A DNA stretch of 63,559 nt, filler included, from Sphacelaria rigidula (taxonomy: Eukaryota): the NCBI GenBank assembly GCA_964200075.2. It is 11 parts of 11 records of this genome, joined end to end, with 100 filler letters (N's around TTAATTAATTAA, not from the genome) between each part and the next. Parts side by side here need not be neighbours in the genome. Positions count along the whole stretch, not along the records: positions 11,577 to 17,263 come from CAXNAA020025241.1; positions 17,364 to 23,050 come from CAXNAA020025242.1; positions 23,151 to 28,837 come from CAXNAA020025243.1; 8 more parts are not named here. One strand, given 5' to 3'. Positions 12,357-24,627 of this stretch are shown here, piece by piece. The translations under genes were made by a program, and so were the position numbers. Under the pieces are notes generated by a model. The model was not told where the DNA came from. It did not search any database and saw nothing but the letters and a program-made list of their open reading frames with translations. The number at the start of each line of letters is the position of its first letter. Position 1 is the stretch's first letter.

Positions 12357-13054
12357 CTGTTGTGTATTTTACAGCAACATCCAAGAACACTTGTTACGAG
12401 AATATGCGAAACCATTTCGGCTATACAGCAGCCGCCAGTCGAAGGTAAGACAAATGCTCGGCATTCCACATCAATATCCACCGTTTCATCCATGCATGAA
12501 TTTATGGCGATTGGTTGGTTGATTGGTGGTCATCTTCCCTTCCTCACTACGAATTCAGTCGTGGTTACAAGACGTCTTCTCTGTGCGTGCGGTCCTAGGG
12601 CCGAAAGTCTCGAGAGCAGGGCGGCACGTGCACTACGCCAAGTTGATAGGGGGTTTTAGTGGGGGCATCCTCCACACTGCTGGCCTTGAGCCACCGCTCG
12701 AGGCGCCTTCCCCGCATGACTGCCGCGAGGTGGTCTAGCCGAGCGTTCGGGTAATCGGCACACGAACTCGCTGGCGATCGCTTGCGAGCGCTTGCGGGGT
12801 AGATGTTGGGTTGGGTTTCCTCCTTCTATCAACGAAAAGAGAAAATATGCGTGCGGTCTGCAGGCTCGGGGAAGTGAGCTGCGAATGGGTGCGATATTGA
12901 TCTCAACGCCGGGCATCAATCCGGAAGCCGCGGGTCAGTTTGTCAACCTGGGGTACGATAGAACGGGCACAACAATGTCAACCGGTGTGAAACCCCTCGA
13001 CCATGCTTCGACGTTGCGAACAGAGCACAATGACCCCGGTAGTAGAGGAGGCAC

Positions 13055-13170
13055 CTGTGTTGATGATCCTTGCTGGGCACCATGAGCCTCCGGCTGTGGC
13101 CGATCGCCCCACGGTGCGGGATGGCCCCGTCTCCCGCTATCTCGTTGCTAGTATCGACTATGACGACCGT
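13055..13170 (-). CDS. Ycf45/SpoIIIAA-like ATPase exon
   Basis: Encodes [38 protein letters not shown] (family signature VDTSNEIxGDG). Confidence 0.95.
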
Positions 13171-13436
13171 CTTCAAGCAGCGTCACGTTCACAGAATCGA
13201 TCAAGCATCTCCGGTAAGTGTACGTGGTGGTATAACATACACCTGTACTTCTAATAATGACGTGTGACACGTGGCATTTGAACTTCATTGACTTCCAAAA
13301 TACAGTGTGCTGTTTCCCAGATGAGATTGACACACATGTACTACTGCATGTGAACATACGGCTGTGAGGGCGACCCCCACATCCACGAGGTAAAAGAGAA
13401 GGCAATGAGTTGCTGATCTTGGATGTGCAGCCGTAC

Positions 13437-13540
13437 CTGAGATAATGAGAGTTTGCGGGAAATTTCTCGGATCACCGTCGTTTTACCAGACCCCGGCGCT
13501 CCCAGGATGAGGAGAGATGGAGCTTTCCTTGGTGTCTCCT
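13437..13540 (-). CDS. Ycf45/SpoIIIAA-like ATPase exon (Walker A)
   Basis: Encodes EETPRKAPSLLILGAPGSGKTTVIREISRKLSLSQ. Confidence 0.93.
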
Positions 13541-13857
13541 CTGCATGAAAGAGCAAAAGACACAAATGAGGGAAGGTGCTCGAACAAAGATACTTTTGTT
13601 CATTCTACTGCACAAGGTACCATCGAGAAGGGTCGAGCGGCACATCCACGGTACCTCGCGTCCGTCAGGGAGCAGGTAGCATCTAAATAACAGTATATCC
13701 ACCCCAAACACGATGGATCAACGAATGGATATATTGTTGGTCTGGATGCATCTTACGGCGGGAAAGGATTATCCAACTCTATCTCAGCAAAAGCACTGCC
13801 CCCTTCGCCAATCAAGCGTGGACATGCACTGACTTCAGCTGACGAGGGAAATCGCAC

Positions 13858-13957
13858 CATTGACGTCTGATGGATAGAACAAGAGGTCGTCTATGATGCC
13901 GGCGCTGCCCCTGAAAAATCGTCCGATGCGGAGAGTCACGCCGTAGATTCTCCGTGT
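13858..13957 (-). CDS. Ycf45/SpoIIIAA-like ATPase exon
   Basis: Encodes TRRIYGVTLRIGRFFRGSAGIIDDLLFYPSDVN (GxTxRxGR motif). Confidence 0.9.
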
Positions 13958-14939
13958 CTGCGAGCGGACCAGGGGGGGGGGGGGATAAGAACAGGGGGCA
14001 TCAGAAAATCTTGGCGGACAACGAGAAAGCCTGCGGGCTGAACCCACCCCCTCGCCCCCCCCCATGACCATCATGTGTCACAAGAAATAGTGTAAGAGTG
14101 ACTCACAAATAGCATTCACACTCTCAGTTTACCCCTGGGACGGTGGATGCCGGCGCGAAGTTCCTTCTCTGTGGCATTCACGGGAAGCACGTGCCAAAAA
14201 GGGTAGACGAACACAATAGAGTCGTGAGGGGTGCCCTACACTACAGTACATGGTGAACGCAGTATGTCGTTCTGGCACCTGTCGGGTCCCACTGACACCT
14301 CAATTCACAACCTGCGTCTCAAAGCACCACTGGCCCATCCAACCGGCAGCTGCCCAGGTCCCACTAACCCTCATGCTAACCATGAACTTAGCCCTTTGAC
14401 CCCCCAAGGGAGGCCACCTGTTAAATTGGCATCACGTTCGTTCAGAACATTACTTCACGACCCACATACCCTACCCTGCAGTCAAAGGCTTACCCCTAAC
14501 ACTTACGACAACATTCGGACGTTCAGGCCAGTTCAAAACACTGCATTTGTCGCTTGTTGCCGCGTGGTCCATCTCACGAGCTGCCAGTCCAGTGAAACGT
14601 GCCATGGTACCCGAGGGGTCCCTGTGGTAGGTCCCACTCGCATGCCCAGCGTTTAGTGGCACCATGCGCTATATTGAGAGTATGACTGCGATCGTCAGGA
14701 TCATGAAAATATGCTCGGACAGTCACGGTGCAACAGGGATCGATGTTGATGCTTAGTGCTTTCAACGACTCGTCTACGACTGCTGTACCAGCAGCGGTAC
14801 AGGAAACATGGAGGAACGTAGTTGTTGTCACTTCGTCCCCAGTATACAAATCCAGTGAAAGGTACGCGCGTACAAGTGAGGAATATTCAAGTCTGTCCGC
14901 CGATAAAGATCATTCTTGGCGACAGGCGCCTGGGGGAAA

Positions 14940-15127
14940 CCGCGGTCCAATGGTCAGAGTGTCACCATTAGGGTGGAGAGAAAGTGGATTCGATCCTCGT
15001 AGACACTCGTTTCTGGTTCTTCTAAATATATTATTTCCACACTCGAAAGTGTGAGGACGTGGGGAAAGATGAATTCGACCCCTTGAGACCATTAGACAAC
15101 GGACTCTTCCCGAGGAAGAGGAGGTTA
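14940..15127 (+). mobile_element. tRNA-derived SINE, internally deleted intronic copy
   Basis: A-box-like CGGTCCAATGG (14943) and B-box GGATTCGATCC (14986). The 3' part matches the copies at 24628-24950 and 54815-55145. Confidence 0.6.
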
Positions 15128-15394
15128 GGCCTGTGTACTGCAGCGGTAATACACGGGTCGTTCTCGACGATTGTTGCTTTTGGGGGGGGGGGAACGTACG
15201 TTACCCGAGATTATCAGAGTAGATATTCCGTCAGAAACACCCATGTTCTCAGCGCACATGAAGCAGACTAGGGATCTTCATGCTCAGGTCTGCTCTTATC
15301 ACAGAGAGTGCAGAGTCAGCGAACATACTACAGTATATTGCGAAATCGCACAATCTCCGCCCGCCGCGTAGTCCTTCGTGTATCATCTCGGTGA

Positions 15395-15960
15395 TGTCTA
15401 CCCCCAACCACCCTGACTATGCTTGTTGGTGAAGTACAACCCCTAAACGCGTATAGAGAGGCAACATCCATGCCAGCGAGGCACCCCGGAATGCGGTCCA
15501 ACATGTGGGAGGAGCCAGTGAAAAAACGAAAGCAATATGAAGAGCAGAATCTGCACCCACGTGCTGATGACCTCCGTTTCAGTCGGAATCAAGATCATCG
15601 ATCCGAGAGGGATCTCCAAGAGTAGGACGGTCCGATCCTACAAGAAAATAATCCATGCGCTAGTATGGGACCAGGTATCCGACGTGGTGTACAGCGGCAA
15701 GTTCACTCCGATTATCATCCTGATGGTGCTGGTAATGGCGGGAAAAGTAAAGCCTGGACTGCTTGCATCTCGACCACAACACTTCGCTTCTGTAGGCCAA
15801 AAAGCAGAAATTCATGACGGATTAATACCTGGATAAGAGGCATCGACCACAACGGATTTTCGATATCAAAATGCTTTTCAACAGCCTTAATGAGTGGCCG
15901 TCGTTGTATTTCAAGTTGTTGGTGAAAAGTGGTCATGCGCCATGCGGTAGAGGTTATCGT
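15395..15960 (-). pseudogene. Heavily decayed reverse-transcriptase fragment (DIRS/Ngaro- or Gypsy-like) inside an intron
   Basis: Frame-broken motifs occur in RT order: FDIENPLWSMPL, PGFTFPAI, MDYFLVG (YxDD-like), LGVVLH..WLGVDI. Many stops; the call rests on pattern recognition only. Confidence 0.3.
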
Positions 15961-16216
15961 TTCGAAAACCTCCAGCCGGACACTCTTACCCCCCTAATCT
16001 TGGGGCACGGAGAGGTTTTTATCTTAACCGATAGGTATCGACGGCACATGAGACTAGACCTACATCTCGGGCGTAGCATTGCGATACCTCAAGGCCTAGA
16101 ACCTAGCCTAGACAGAAGATGCAACACCCACTACATGAAGACCAGTTACCAAGTTGCCGAGACAAGTTCGTTTTCCACGTATTCCCGGGGTACTATGCAT
16201 GGCCGATCGCACTTAC

Positions 16217-16377
16217 CTTATCCCTCATGACGCTGAGGCGATGCAGCTGACCAGGGAAACCAGCCCTATTGTCGTCACCGATTCTGCGTTGGCGATCAAG
16301 GTCTCCGACGACCATGTTGATGTGTTCCTTGGTGACCACAACTCTTTCGTTGCTGCACAGGAATATTCTCCCCCGAT
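16217..16377 (-). CDS. Ycf45/SpoIIIAA-like ATPase exon
   Basis: Encodes DRGRIFLCSNERVVVTKEHINMVVGDLDRQRRIGDDNRAGFPGQLHRLSVMRDK (DNRAG...LHRxS motif). Donor GTAAGT. Confidence 0.9.
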
Positions 16378-16762
16378 CTAGACAGAGCGCACATGCACGT
16401 GAGGAAACGATTTTGCGACGTCAACAATGTTGTGTGGACCGAGCAACATCATCACGTGTACTCGAGTGGACAGGTCACGATACAGCGGACACTTCTGGAC
16501 CGCTGCGGGTATGCACGAAAGTGAGCGTGAGCAGCGCCCGGGCTGTAGGACAAAGCAAAACGCGTGTGCACGTCACGCAAATCCAGTCAGGGTAAGTCAT
16601 GCAGCTAGCCACCCACGTACATTTTGGTCGTACTCTGTCGTTGGGATATTATGGTCCCCGCTTCGTAACCGAGTGCTTGAGTAGACCCTCAACGTGTTCT
16701 AGAATCGTTCCTGGTTTCTTCGCGCGATATGCCTTGCACTTCGTACCGGTAGACACGTGTAC

Positions 16763-16836
16763 CTTTCAGGTGCGCCATTGGCCTTGCGCCTTCGTCCAGC
16801 ACAAGTTCTTGCAGGCTATCCAAGATATCAGTGTGC
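16763..16836 (-). CDS. Ycf45/SpoIIIAA-like ATPase, first recovered exon
   Basis: Encodes HTDILDSLQELVLDEGARPMAHLK, resembling the Ycf45 N-terminal ExVLDxGxxP motif. AG/GT bounded and phase-compatible with the next exon. Confidence 0.75.
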
Positions 16837-18031
16837 CTGATGACAAACGCGGGTATACGGTGGGGAGAAGGCTATTCTATAAAATCGAGATAAACGATAG
16901 ACCGGCACGGGGGTGTGAGACTTGGGTACAACAACGATCCACCTCAGACTAATGAATACTATGCAAAAACACATACCGCCTCCGGCTCCTACGACGTCTC
17001 CTCTGCGGGACATGACTAAGTCAGACACTTTGGTCACCGCGTCGGACACACAGCGTTGCACCACGTCGTTGCGAGACGTACTCAAATTAACGTTAATGGA
17101 GAACCTGCTCACGTGAAAAATACTCATGGAATCAATCTTAATCTTTCATCGCAGCCAGTACTACCGTAGATTCACCCGAGAACGTCGCGAAAAGAGGACT
17201 ATAGTAGTCGGCATCAGAAGTTTTCAGAATTCGTAGTTGTCCTTTTTTCTGAGTTTTTCTGGANNNNNNNNNNNNNNNNNNNNNNNNNNNNNNNNNNNNN
17301 NNNNNNNTTAATTAATTAANNNNNNNNNNNNNNNNNNNNNNNNNNNNNNNNNNNNNNNNNNNNAACAAGACATGTCCCATATTTTAGCTCTTCGGCTAAT
17401 TTTAAACGAGTCCTCAGTGTTTGCCGGGTGCCGATCTTGAACGCTCGGACATGATCGCGCTTCGCGCAAATAATTCAATTTACTATTATCCCCATGGATG
17501 GGTCCTGTGCCACAGATTTGCCAACATCACTTGGCACAAGTTCGACCCGCCTCACGAATATCAATTAATTGCACAATACCACTGCAGTAAGCGGTCTCAG
17601 CAAAGTGCGGTCACATCCGATCTGCGATCCACCGCACTATGCAGGGACCCAAACTGTACTCTACAGTACACCGTACTCCTTGACTGTGCCAGCGACTCCT
17701 GGGATCGATCTACAGTACGAGGAGAGCATGTCGAACATTCGAACATTCATAACATACTGACGAAAAACCCAACCAACCAACGCGCACCAACAGCAGAGAT
17801 ACGACCCCGACTGTATTACCATCGGAGAAGATCTCTCTCTCGATCCAGGCGATCTTTCGGATCGGGGTCATGGACTCTTCACTTCTCGAAACTTGAGGTT
17901 GAACAAGTCATTGCGCAGGGGGTGTTATACTACGTAGTGTGCCGTACAGACCGTACAGAAACAGTAACGCAAATGTCTCAAAACGCAAGACGCCAACACA
18001 CAGTCGCGGTCATGACAACCAAACCGCCAAC

Positions 18032-18227
18032 CTGGAGAAACATAGCCAGAGCTGGACCATTCCCCGAGCTGAGAAAGACCGTACGGTCCCTGGCGTGAAC
18101 CATCAGGTGCGCGAAGATACCAGTTTACCCCCCTTCCTCCTCCTGCCCCTGCCGTGGTGGCTTTCACTGCCGCTCCGAAAAATGCGCCCGCAGCAGCCAG
18201 CGTTGTTCTTGACACGTGGAACCTCAT
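18032..18227 (-). CDS. Exon encoding a GYF-like domain
   Basis: Encodes NWYLRAPDGSRQGPYGLSQLGEWSSSGYVSP, fitting the GYF pattern WxY/L...GxxQGP...LxxW...GY. Donor CAG|GTTGGC at 18031; the 5' boundary is uncertain. Confidence 0.7.
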
Positions 18228-18976
18228 CGTGAGCCAGACGACTCAGCGCTGAGGGCCACGCCGGGGGCAGAAAAAAGAACAGCTTACGCCAGCAAGCCAG
18301 CTGCTTGGGTGATGATCGTGCTTCGAGCACACAGTACCTAAACCTGCTTCGCCGGATCCTGAGCAACATCAACAGGAGTTGCCGACCGATCATGATGGGG
18401 TAAGATGTCGTTTTCTAAATGGGTTGCGCTAGCGTGTTTTCAACTTATCTTTATCCGTACATGGATCCATTCACCAAGTGAGGTTGGAACTACAGTATCT
18501 GTATAACACTCTGTTCGCTCTACTGCCTAAGATACCCTGCAGCAGACGTTCCTGTGGGAGTCTAAGGAAAGGGTCGTTCGACGCAGCAGTACCATATAGT
18601 ACCATTGCAGGGCAGAGGTTCATCTTGAGATTTTGGGGACATCCCGAGCAGAACACCGACCGCACGGTACTACTTAACCGCGTACTGGCCTTGTGCCGCG
18701 GAAGGGGTTCCAGATCCTAGGCTTAGGGGACAAGATGCCCGCACCAGCACGGCGAAGACATCATGGAGCGCCCCCAGCGCACCTCAGAGTTAACATTTGT
18801 GGTACTAAAATGACTTTCCAGCAATTCATGGGCTGTTGTTGCTTGTACTATTGCTTTGGGTGTTGTGCAGTCATAAGCCTCATGACAGTTCTTCTTGCGA
18901 CGACATCATCTTCCACCAGCGAGGACGTCCTTGTCAAGACCCAACCCAGGTGCAGACAGTAGGGTAGCCCGCCACT

Positions 18977-19537
18977 TTGAAGAAAAACGATTGTCGCAAA
19001 TTATTTCATGCCCCAGGGACCCAGCCTTGGTCACATGATAGACGTATCCGAGGTAAAACAAAACGAAAAACACTCGCGCTGAAGGAAAGTGAAGACAACA
19101 GGAAGGTGAAACAGAGCACAAAGCGTAGAGTACGGGAAAAAAGAGAGGAAAGCAAAGCAAAAACAAAACAAAACAAAACTAGAAATGGCCGGCCTTTGCT
19201 ACACGGCTTCAGGTGGAAACTGTCTGGCGCAATCATGCACGCATTCATGCCCAGTTGAGAGAAGAAAGCCGTGGGAACAGATTGCGGTTCATCTGCTTCG
19301 GCCACGTTATTCCGGGTATGAGCTCTCACTCACGAACCCTACGGAAGCGAGGCATCAAACTGCGACTGGCATACACAGGGAGGAAATAATACCCATAAAG
19401 ATTAGGAAATATTATTGCGGTTCATCTGCTTCGGCCACATTATATTGGGTATTGGGCATGAGCTCTCATCCACGAACCCTACGGCATCGAGGCACCAAAC
19501 TGCGACTTGCATACGTCGGGAGGAAAGAATAATAATA
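18977..19537 (-). repeat. Interspersed repeat (family D) with an internal ~133-bp tandem duplication
   Basis: Its reverse complement aligns with 46640-47020. 19281-19400 is duplicated at 19414-19537 and followed by a (TA)n(GA)n tract. Confidence 0.8.
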
Positions 19538-19544
19538 TACACGA

Positions 19545-19580
<36 letters not shown>

Positions 19581-20855
19581 CGAGAGAGGGAGGGGCGGAC
19601 GGACGGACGGAGACGGAGAGGGAAGAATAAGACTCCATAAGTGATCAAACCCCAAGGACAAGGGACGGCAAAGTAGGTACGAACTAGCGAAACAGGGAAA
19701 ACCGCAAGACCACCGGCCGAGGATCAAATCAACAACCGGTGGGAACAGACAAGGATGCACCAGTTTCCGTGTTAGCTCAGCTTCCCCCATTCATCCCTGG
19801 CGGGGTACAAATCGGTCCATTCTCTCGGTTACTTTCCATCCTGAAGTCTTCATCAGTTGTTGCTGTTGTTGTGCTGGCGGCGGCAGCTCTCTGATTGGCG
19901 ACTCTCGACGTAGCAGCCTCTCCCGTTTGTGGCGGAGGACTCGCGTTTGTCTTCCTGTCGCCACGTGTGCTCGAACTCTTCTACCCATTTCTCGACTCCA
20001 AGATGTTATTTGCCCATGTTCTTGTCGCAGTGACCTAGTCGTAGACGTCGTTAACGCCCACACCGACTGGAATGTGATATACTACGGTTTCAAAAGTACC
20101 ACCAGCGGTAGAGACACACCCGGTGCCCTGCCCTGCAGACCGTTATGCCACGTTGATTGCAAGCCCAGATTTACCGCGGCACCAGGCCCAAAGGTACTAG
20201 GCCGCGTCAGATGCGCGGGGATATGAATACGAGTGTGTTCTCATTTCGGAAGTACCCCCGTATATTGCGGGGAGGAATGGGGACAGTTCGGTTTTGCTTA
20301 CCTCTTGCAGCACGTCGCCACTCTTTTTATTGCGAGAGTAAATGTTGTCACGGTCATATACTGCGTGGTAGTAATAGCAGATGAGCGTGGATCGAGAAAT
20401 CGCGTCACGACACAGAGTTAATGTGCACTAAGTTTGCATCAGCTTACACGGGTTTTTCTTGTGTCAGTAGTGGTCGAAGTGCGTCGGGTGCGGTGCTTGC
20501 ACATGAATGCGGTATCTTCCTTGGCTTCATCTTATGTATATTTTTTCATAATGATAGGATAGCCAATGCACTGGCTGGGGTCTCTCAGTATGAGTGCCAG
20601 GGGATACCATGGTGCCAACCCACCAAGCTCCCACGTGGACAACATCACACAGACCTAGCTATTCATCATGAACCATAACAGAGTAGGTTCATTCATGTAT
20701 ACTGCCGATCGGGAACTCACGTGTTTCATAGCGTCATGTTATATCTACAAGCAGCTCTCTTACTCAGTACCGCCGCGGCGCAGCCAAAGGAGCAGAGCGT
20801 AGTGATGGCCCAGAGTAGAGACCAAGGCAGACCAATAACTGATTGAGGTGGGTCG

Positions 20856-21601
20856 ACACGACCTCTGGCGGCGGCCAAACAGTGCCAACTAATGACAGTA
20901 GCAAACGCAGTAGCAACGCGTCACGGAATCAGGGTCTACGAGCAGACCCGCACATCGTGATATCTTACTGCCACCCAGCTTCATCACACTAGCCCATCCT
21001 AGATGAGTCCTTGTGCAGTTGAATCATCATCACCTCGGCAAACAATAATTGCGCTGAGGGATTTGAAAATTCAACGAGAAAGGGCTCTTCTACACTACGC
21101 TCGTACAAAAGCATGAAGCGAAGAAAAATCATGACTCTCCCACACCTCTTCGAGGCGAGCATCGCTGCGATCCGACACATCAAACGTTCAATCCACAAAG
21201 GGGAAAACGTTGTATCTACGTGACACTCACGCACCTATATTGAACAAGACAACACACATGCAAGTCCATCTACGAAGTGAAGCACTAAATGGTACGCACG
21301 CGTAGACCCCATCTACCAACGGAACAAGGATGGAATGCCAGACAATCCGGGAAGAGGGGAGAGAAAACGCAGTTGCGGCATAGCATCGCGACAACTGCTC
21401 TGGTCGTACGCAGATCCAAGTGAGCTCCTCGTCTTTGTCCGACTCCGTCCCGACACATCCGTCGCGTACACGACCTCTGGCCGTGGCCAAATAATGCTAA
21501 CTTATGACAGTAGCAAACGCAGTAGCAACGCGTCGCGGAATCCAGGGACTACGAGCAGACCCGCACATCGTGATATCTTACTGCCACCAAGCTTCATCAC
21601 A
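20856..21601. repeat. Pair of ~133-bp direct repeats about 612 bp apart
   Basis: 20856-20988 and 21468-21601 are roughly 90% identical by eye. Confidence 0.9.
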
Positions 21602-22671
21602 ATTTTCGGGCTACCTCATTGTTGCGGTTGGTGTGTACACCTTTCGTCCACGTGAAAATTTGATTCGCCAATATGCTTCGCGAATCTACGGCACCTACTA
21701 GATAGGAGTGACCTGTAGAGATATTTTGAAATGGAGCAGATTTTGTATGGGGATGGAGTGTCGGTGCGGTATGTCGACGAGAAAGCTGTAATATTTTACA
21801 CGTACTCAATCGACAATTCTTCACTTGAAAACACGGGTTTGTCTGTTAGCACAAGGATGAGGCAAGCATGTTGCAGGATTCCAATCTCGGAGGGCAACAC
21901 CCGCGAGACTATCCAATAACTAGAGGTGGATCCTTCTCTCATACGAGGACATGGAGCTAGCCTGGGCAATGTACCATCCCTTCTTGCCTTGAAATATTGC
22001 GCATAGATTGTAAGCTGTTCGTGGTACCTCGCTTACCCAAGACTGCATATGGTGCGGTGGGGATCAAATTCTAAGACCGACGACTTCACGACTTGGTCCC
22101 GCTCTAGGGGTCGTTATCCTTGGTTTTCGACAGATTACTTTTCCCTTTGAAAACCGTCGTCTGTGTAATACACTCTAGTCTCCTTCAACCCGTGGAATCA
22201 TCATTCCAGAAGTAAGTTGTTATCTCAAACAACACTTCTGACCAGGACATCGAAGTCGTCGAAAGAGCCCCGCTACATACCCATATTTGCTCACATTTTC
22301 CCGCGTTTGAGTGGTCGGACTCCGGACGAATCGTTCATAAAACGCTAATGACCCGTCTGCAACCAGACTGCAGTTTTTGAGAGAGCATCGCGAAGGGTTA
22401 AGCCTGAGTGGGTGTTGACCTGTGGCCACGATTTTAAGGACAGGTCGATCTCACGATCACCTTTCAGCGTGCGACTCAGAGAATGATGTTTACAAGCTAG
22501 AATTTCAGGAATTGCATCTTCAGTCTCCTATTTTTCGAGTTTGCATACTATCGGAGTGAACGCCTAAAACGCTTTATCCATTAACGCGAGAGAGCCTTGC
22601 GTCAGAGGTCTTGAGGTCAAAATTTGGAGGCTTTTGTATTGTTTATTCATGTGAATCTTCCCTCCTCCCAC

Positions 22672-22930
22672 GACTGCCACCCGGCTGGGGATGGTTGTGT
22701 CGGGGTAAGCTAACCCCATCGACGACACAACCAACAAGTAGGTCAAGGTAGCTTGACCTATAGACCAGCATATGTTTCGTGTCAGTGGTAATGCAACACA
22801 CAGTCTAGGCAGTGGGTCAGGCAGACAGTGCTGACGTCCAGGCTCAATCCTGCAACTTCGGAGTTTCGCCCTGTGCTGAGCACCAAATTGAACCCCGCAG
22901 CTGCAGCGTTTTACCCGGCGTTGGGACACT
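22672..22930 (+). mobile_element. 5' end of an RTE-like LINE (structured leader plus tandem PAM2-like motifs)
   Basis: Aligns with 36420-36680(-). Encodes SRLNPATSEFRP and TKLNPAAAAFYP. Confidence 0.8.
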
Positions 22931-22934
22931 GTCA

Positions 22935-23050
22935 CGGAGACCTGCCAGGAACAAGAAAGATATATAGCAGTCGTCGAAAGGAGGAGGAAGTAGATAGAAT
23001 GAACTGCCTCTGTGGCAAAGCAATAGAGAGCAGAAGTCATATAGTGGCAG
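22935..23050 (+). mobile_element. Family A LINE fragment (C-terminal zinc-knuckle region)
   Basis: DLPGTRKIYSSRRKEEEVDRMNCLCGKAIESRSHIVA matches the translation of 39160-39270(-). Confidence 0.85.
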
Positions 23051-23158
23051 NNNNNNNNNNNNNNNNNNNNNNNNNNNNNNNNNNNNNNNNNNNNTTAATT
23101 AATTAANNNNNNNNNNNNNNNNNNNNNNNNNNNNNNNNNNNNNNNNNNNNGGGGATGC

Positions 23159-23348
23159 CCTGACCCGTATTCTTGTGCATCTAGAATCGTTAGGAGCTCC
23201 TGAACCAGACAACATTTCGCGAAAAAAGCGCACCCCTACCGTACGTAGCATTGCTCCTGACCCATATTCTTGTGCATCTAGAATCGTTACGAGCCCCTAA
23301 ATTAGACAGTACTTCGCGAAAAAAGTGCACCCCTACCGTAGCATTGCT
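23159..23348. repeat. Tandem duplication, 97-bp period
   Basis: Units start CCTGACCC at 23159 and 23256. Confidence 0.9.
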
Positions 23349-23389
23349 TAGCAGGTTCTCTTGTACCGGAGATTGTGCACACGAGACTA

Positions 23390-23640
23390 ATGCCGTGATG
23401 CCCCCCTCCCCCCCCGAGAAAAGTGGCTGGTTTGAGGAGGCAAAATCTACATGCGAATCAAAATGACAAGGGCCGAGCACGCTGCGAGCAGCGGGGAAAT
23501 CCCGCCCTTGGGATCATTTCCGCCAATTTTGACCGTATGAGACGCTCTATGCAGTCTAAAACCGGCTATCAATCGCTGTATGACCATTTTCTTCGCGACA
23601 GTTTTGTTTGGGGCTGGTTTGAGGGGAGTTATCGCGGCAT
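23390..23640 (+). mobile_element. MITE-like element (family C) with C-run/G-run-containing terminal inverted repeats
   Basis: Ends are ATGCCGTGATGCCCCCC and GGGGAGTTATCGCGGCAT. The ~200-bp core matches 40015-40254(-), 47400-47625(-) and 53967-54230. Confidence 0.75.
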
Positions 23641-24627
23641 ATCACTCCCGACTAATGGATTTTTAAGGAATTAACGTTCCAAACAAAGTGCACTGTGATG
23701 GATAAAAGCGCGTGCCGCATCGTGCTCAACCTTAACGCTGCCTAACAAGCCGAAAATGGAAAATGGGTTACAGTCTTGAAATATAGTGAGCCTCGTTGAC
23801 TCCTGTTATGTTCCGCAAAATATTTCGCCCCCGCAGGCGCGTTCGCCCCGACTCTTTTGTGAACTGTAATGGAACCAAGACCTCTAGGGAAGGGAGAGTG
23901 CCTGTCTAGTCGAGATGAGCCTGTAAGGAAGGAGAAGACAAATTTAACGCGTCCGAAAAAATGAGAAGATCACGTCCAGATAGTTTGACGCAAGCACTTT
24001 CGCTGCAACTGTGTGGAGCAAATCGAACGGCATTTGTAGTAAGAGTGCATGAGACTCACTCCAAACCACCTTTTTACCTGAATCTCGAAGTGAAAAGGGG
24101 AGGTTTTTTTTCGGCCTCAAGTGGTCTTTCGCAGATACCCTTTGGGGGAACGAAAGACGGGAAAACCCCAAAAAATCGTTTCAGGGAGGTGGTAAATTGG
24201 CACCGTCCATGTGAAGCCATTTGTCATGACTTAAGATCAGGGAAGGTACTGTTTCGCAGTTGAAACTCATTTCATTGTTCAAACTCATTTCCGTTTTGTC
24301 GTGAATTGGGCACCGCATCGTCGCATGCCGTGTGATTTTTGAGCTGCTCATCGTGGGGTTTTCGTCAGATTGGTATTCGATCTTTTGACCGGTGGTGTGC
24401 ATCACCTGGGCCCTGCGATCATTTTTCAAGTGATCATGATGCCGATGCAGCAGATGACCCCTTATCGCGACCAACGAGTTGAATCCGAACGCTTGTTTAG
24501 GACATGGCCGTGTCCACAATCCTCACATCACCAGACGTTGCACGTGACAAGTTGGGCCAGGGCGCGTCTGGATCATCTGCCCCCGTCACATCAACAGTCA
24601 TACTCGCAAAATGTTCGTCAAAGAGTC

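Noticed and set aside
22672..22735. Canonical HDV-like ribozyme call
   Set aside because: A 7-bp P1-like helix and a GCTAA-CCCCA end are present, but there is no room for P3/L3/P1.1/P4 in the required order. Kept only as an unassigned structure.
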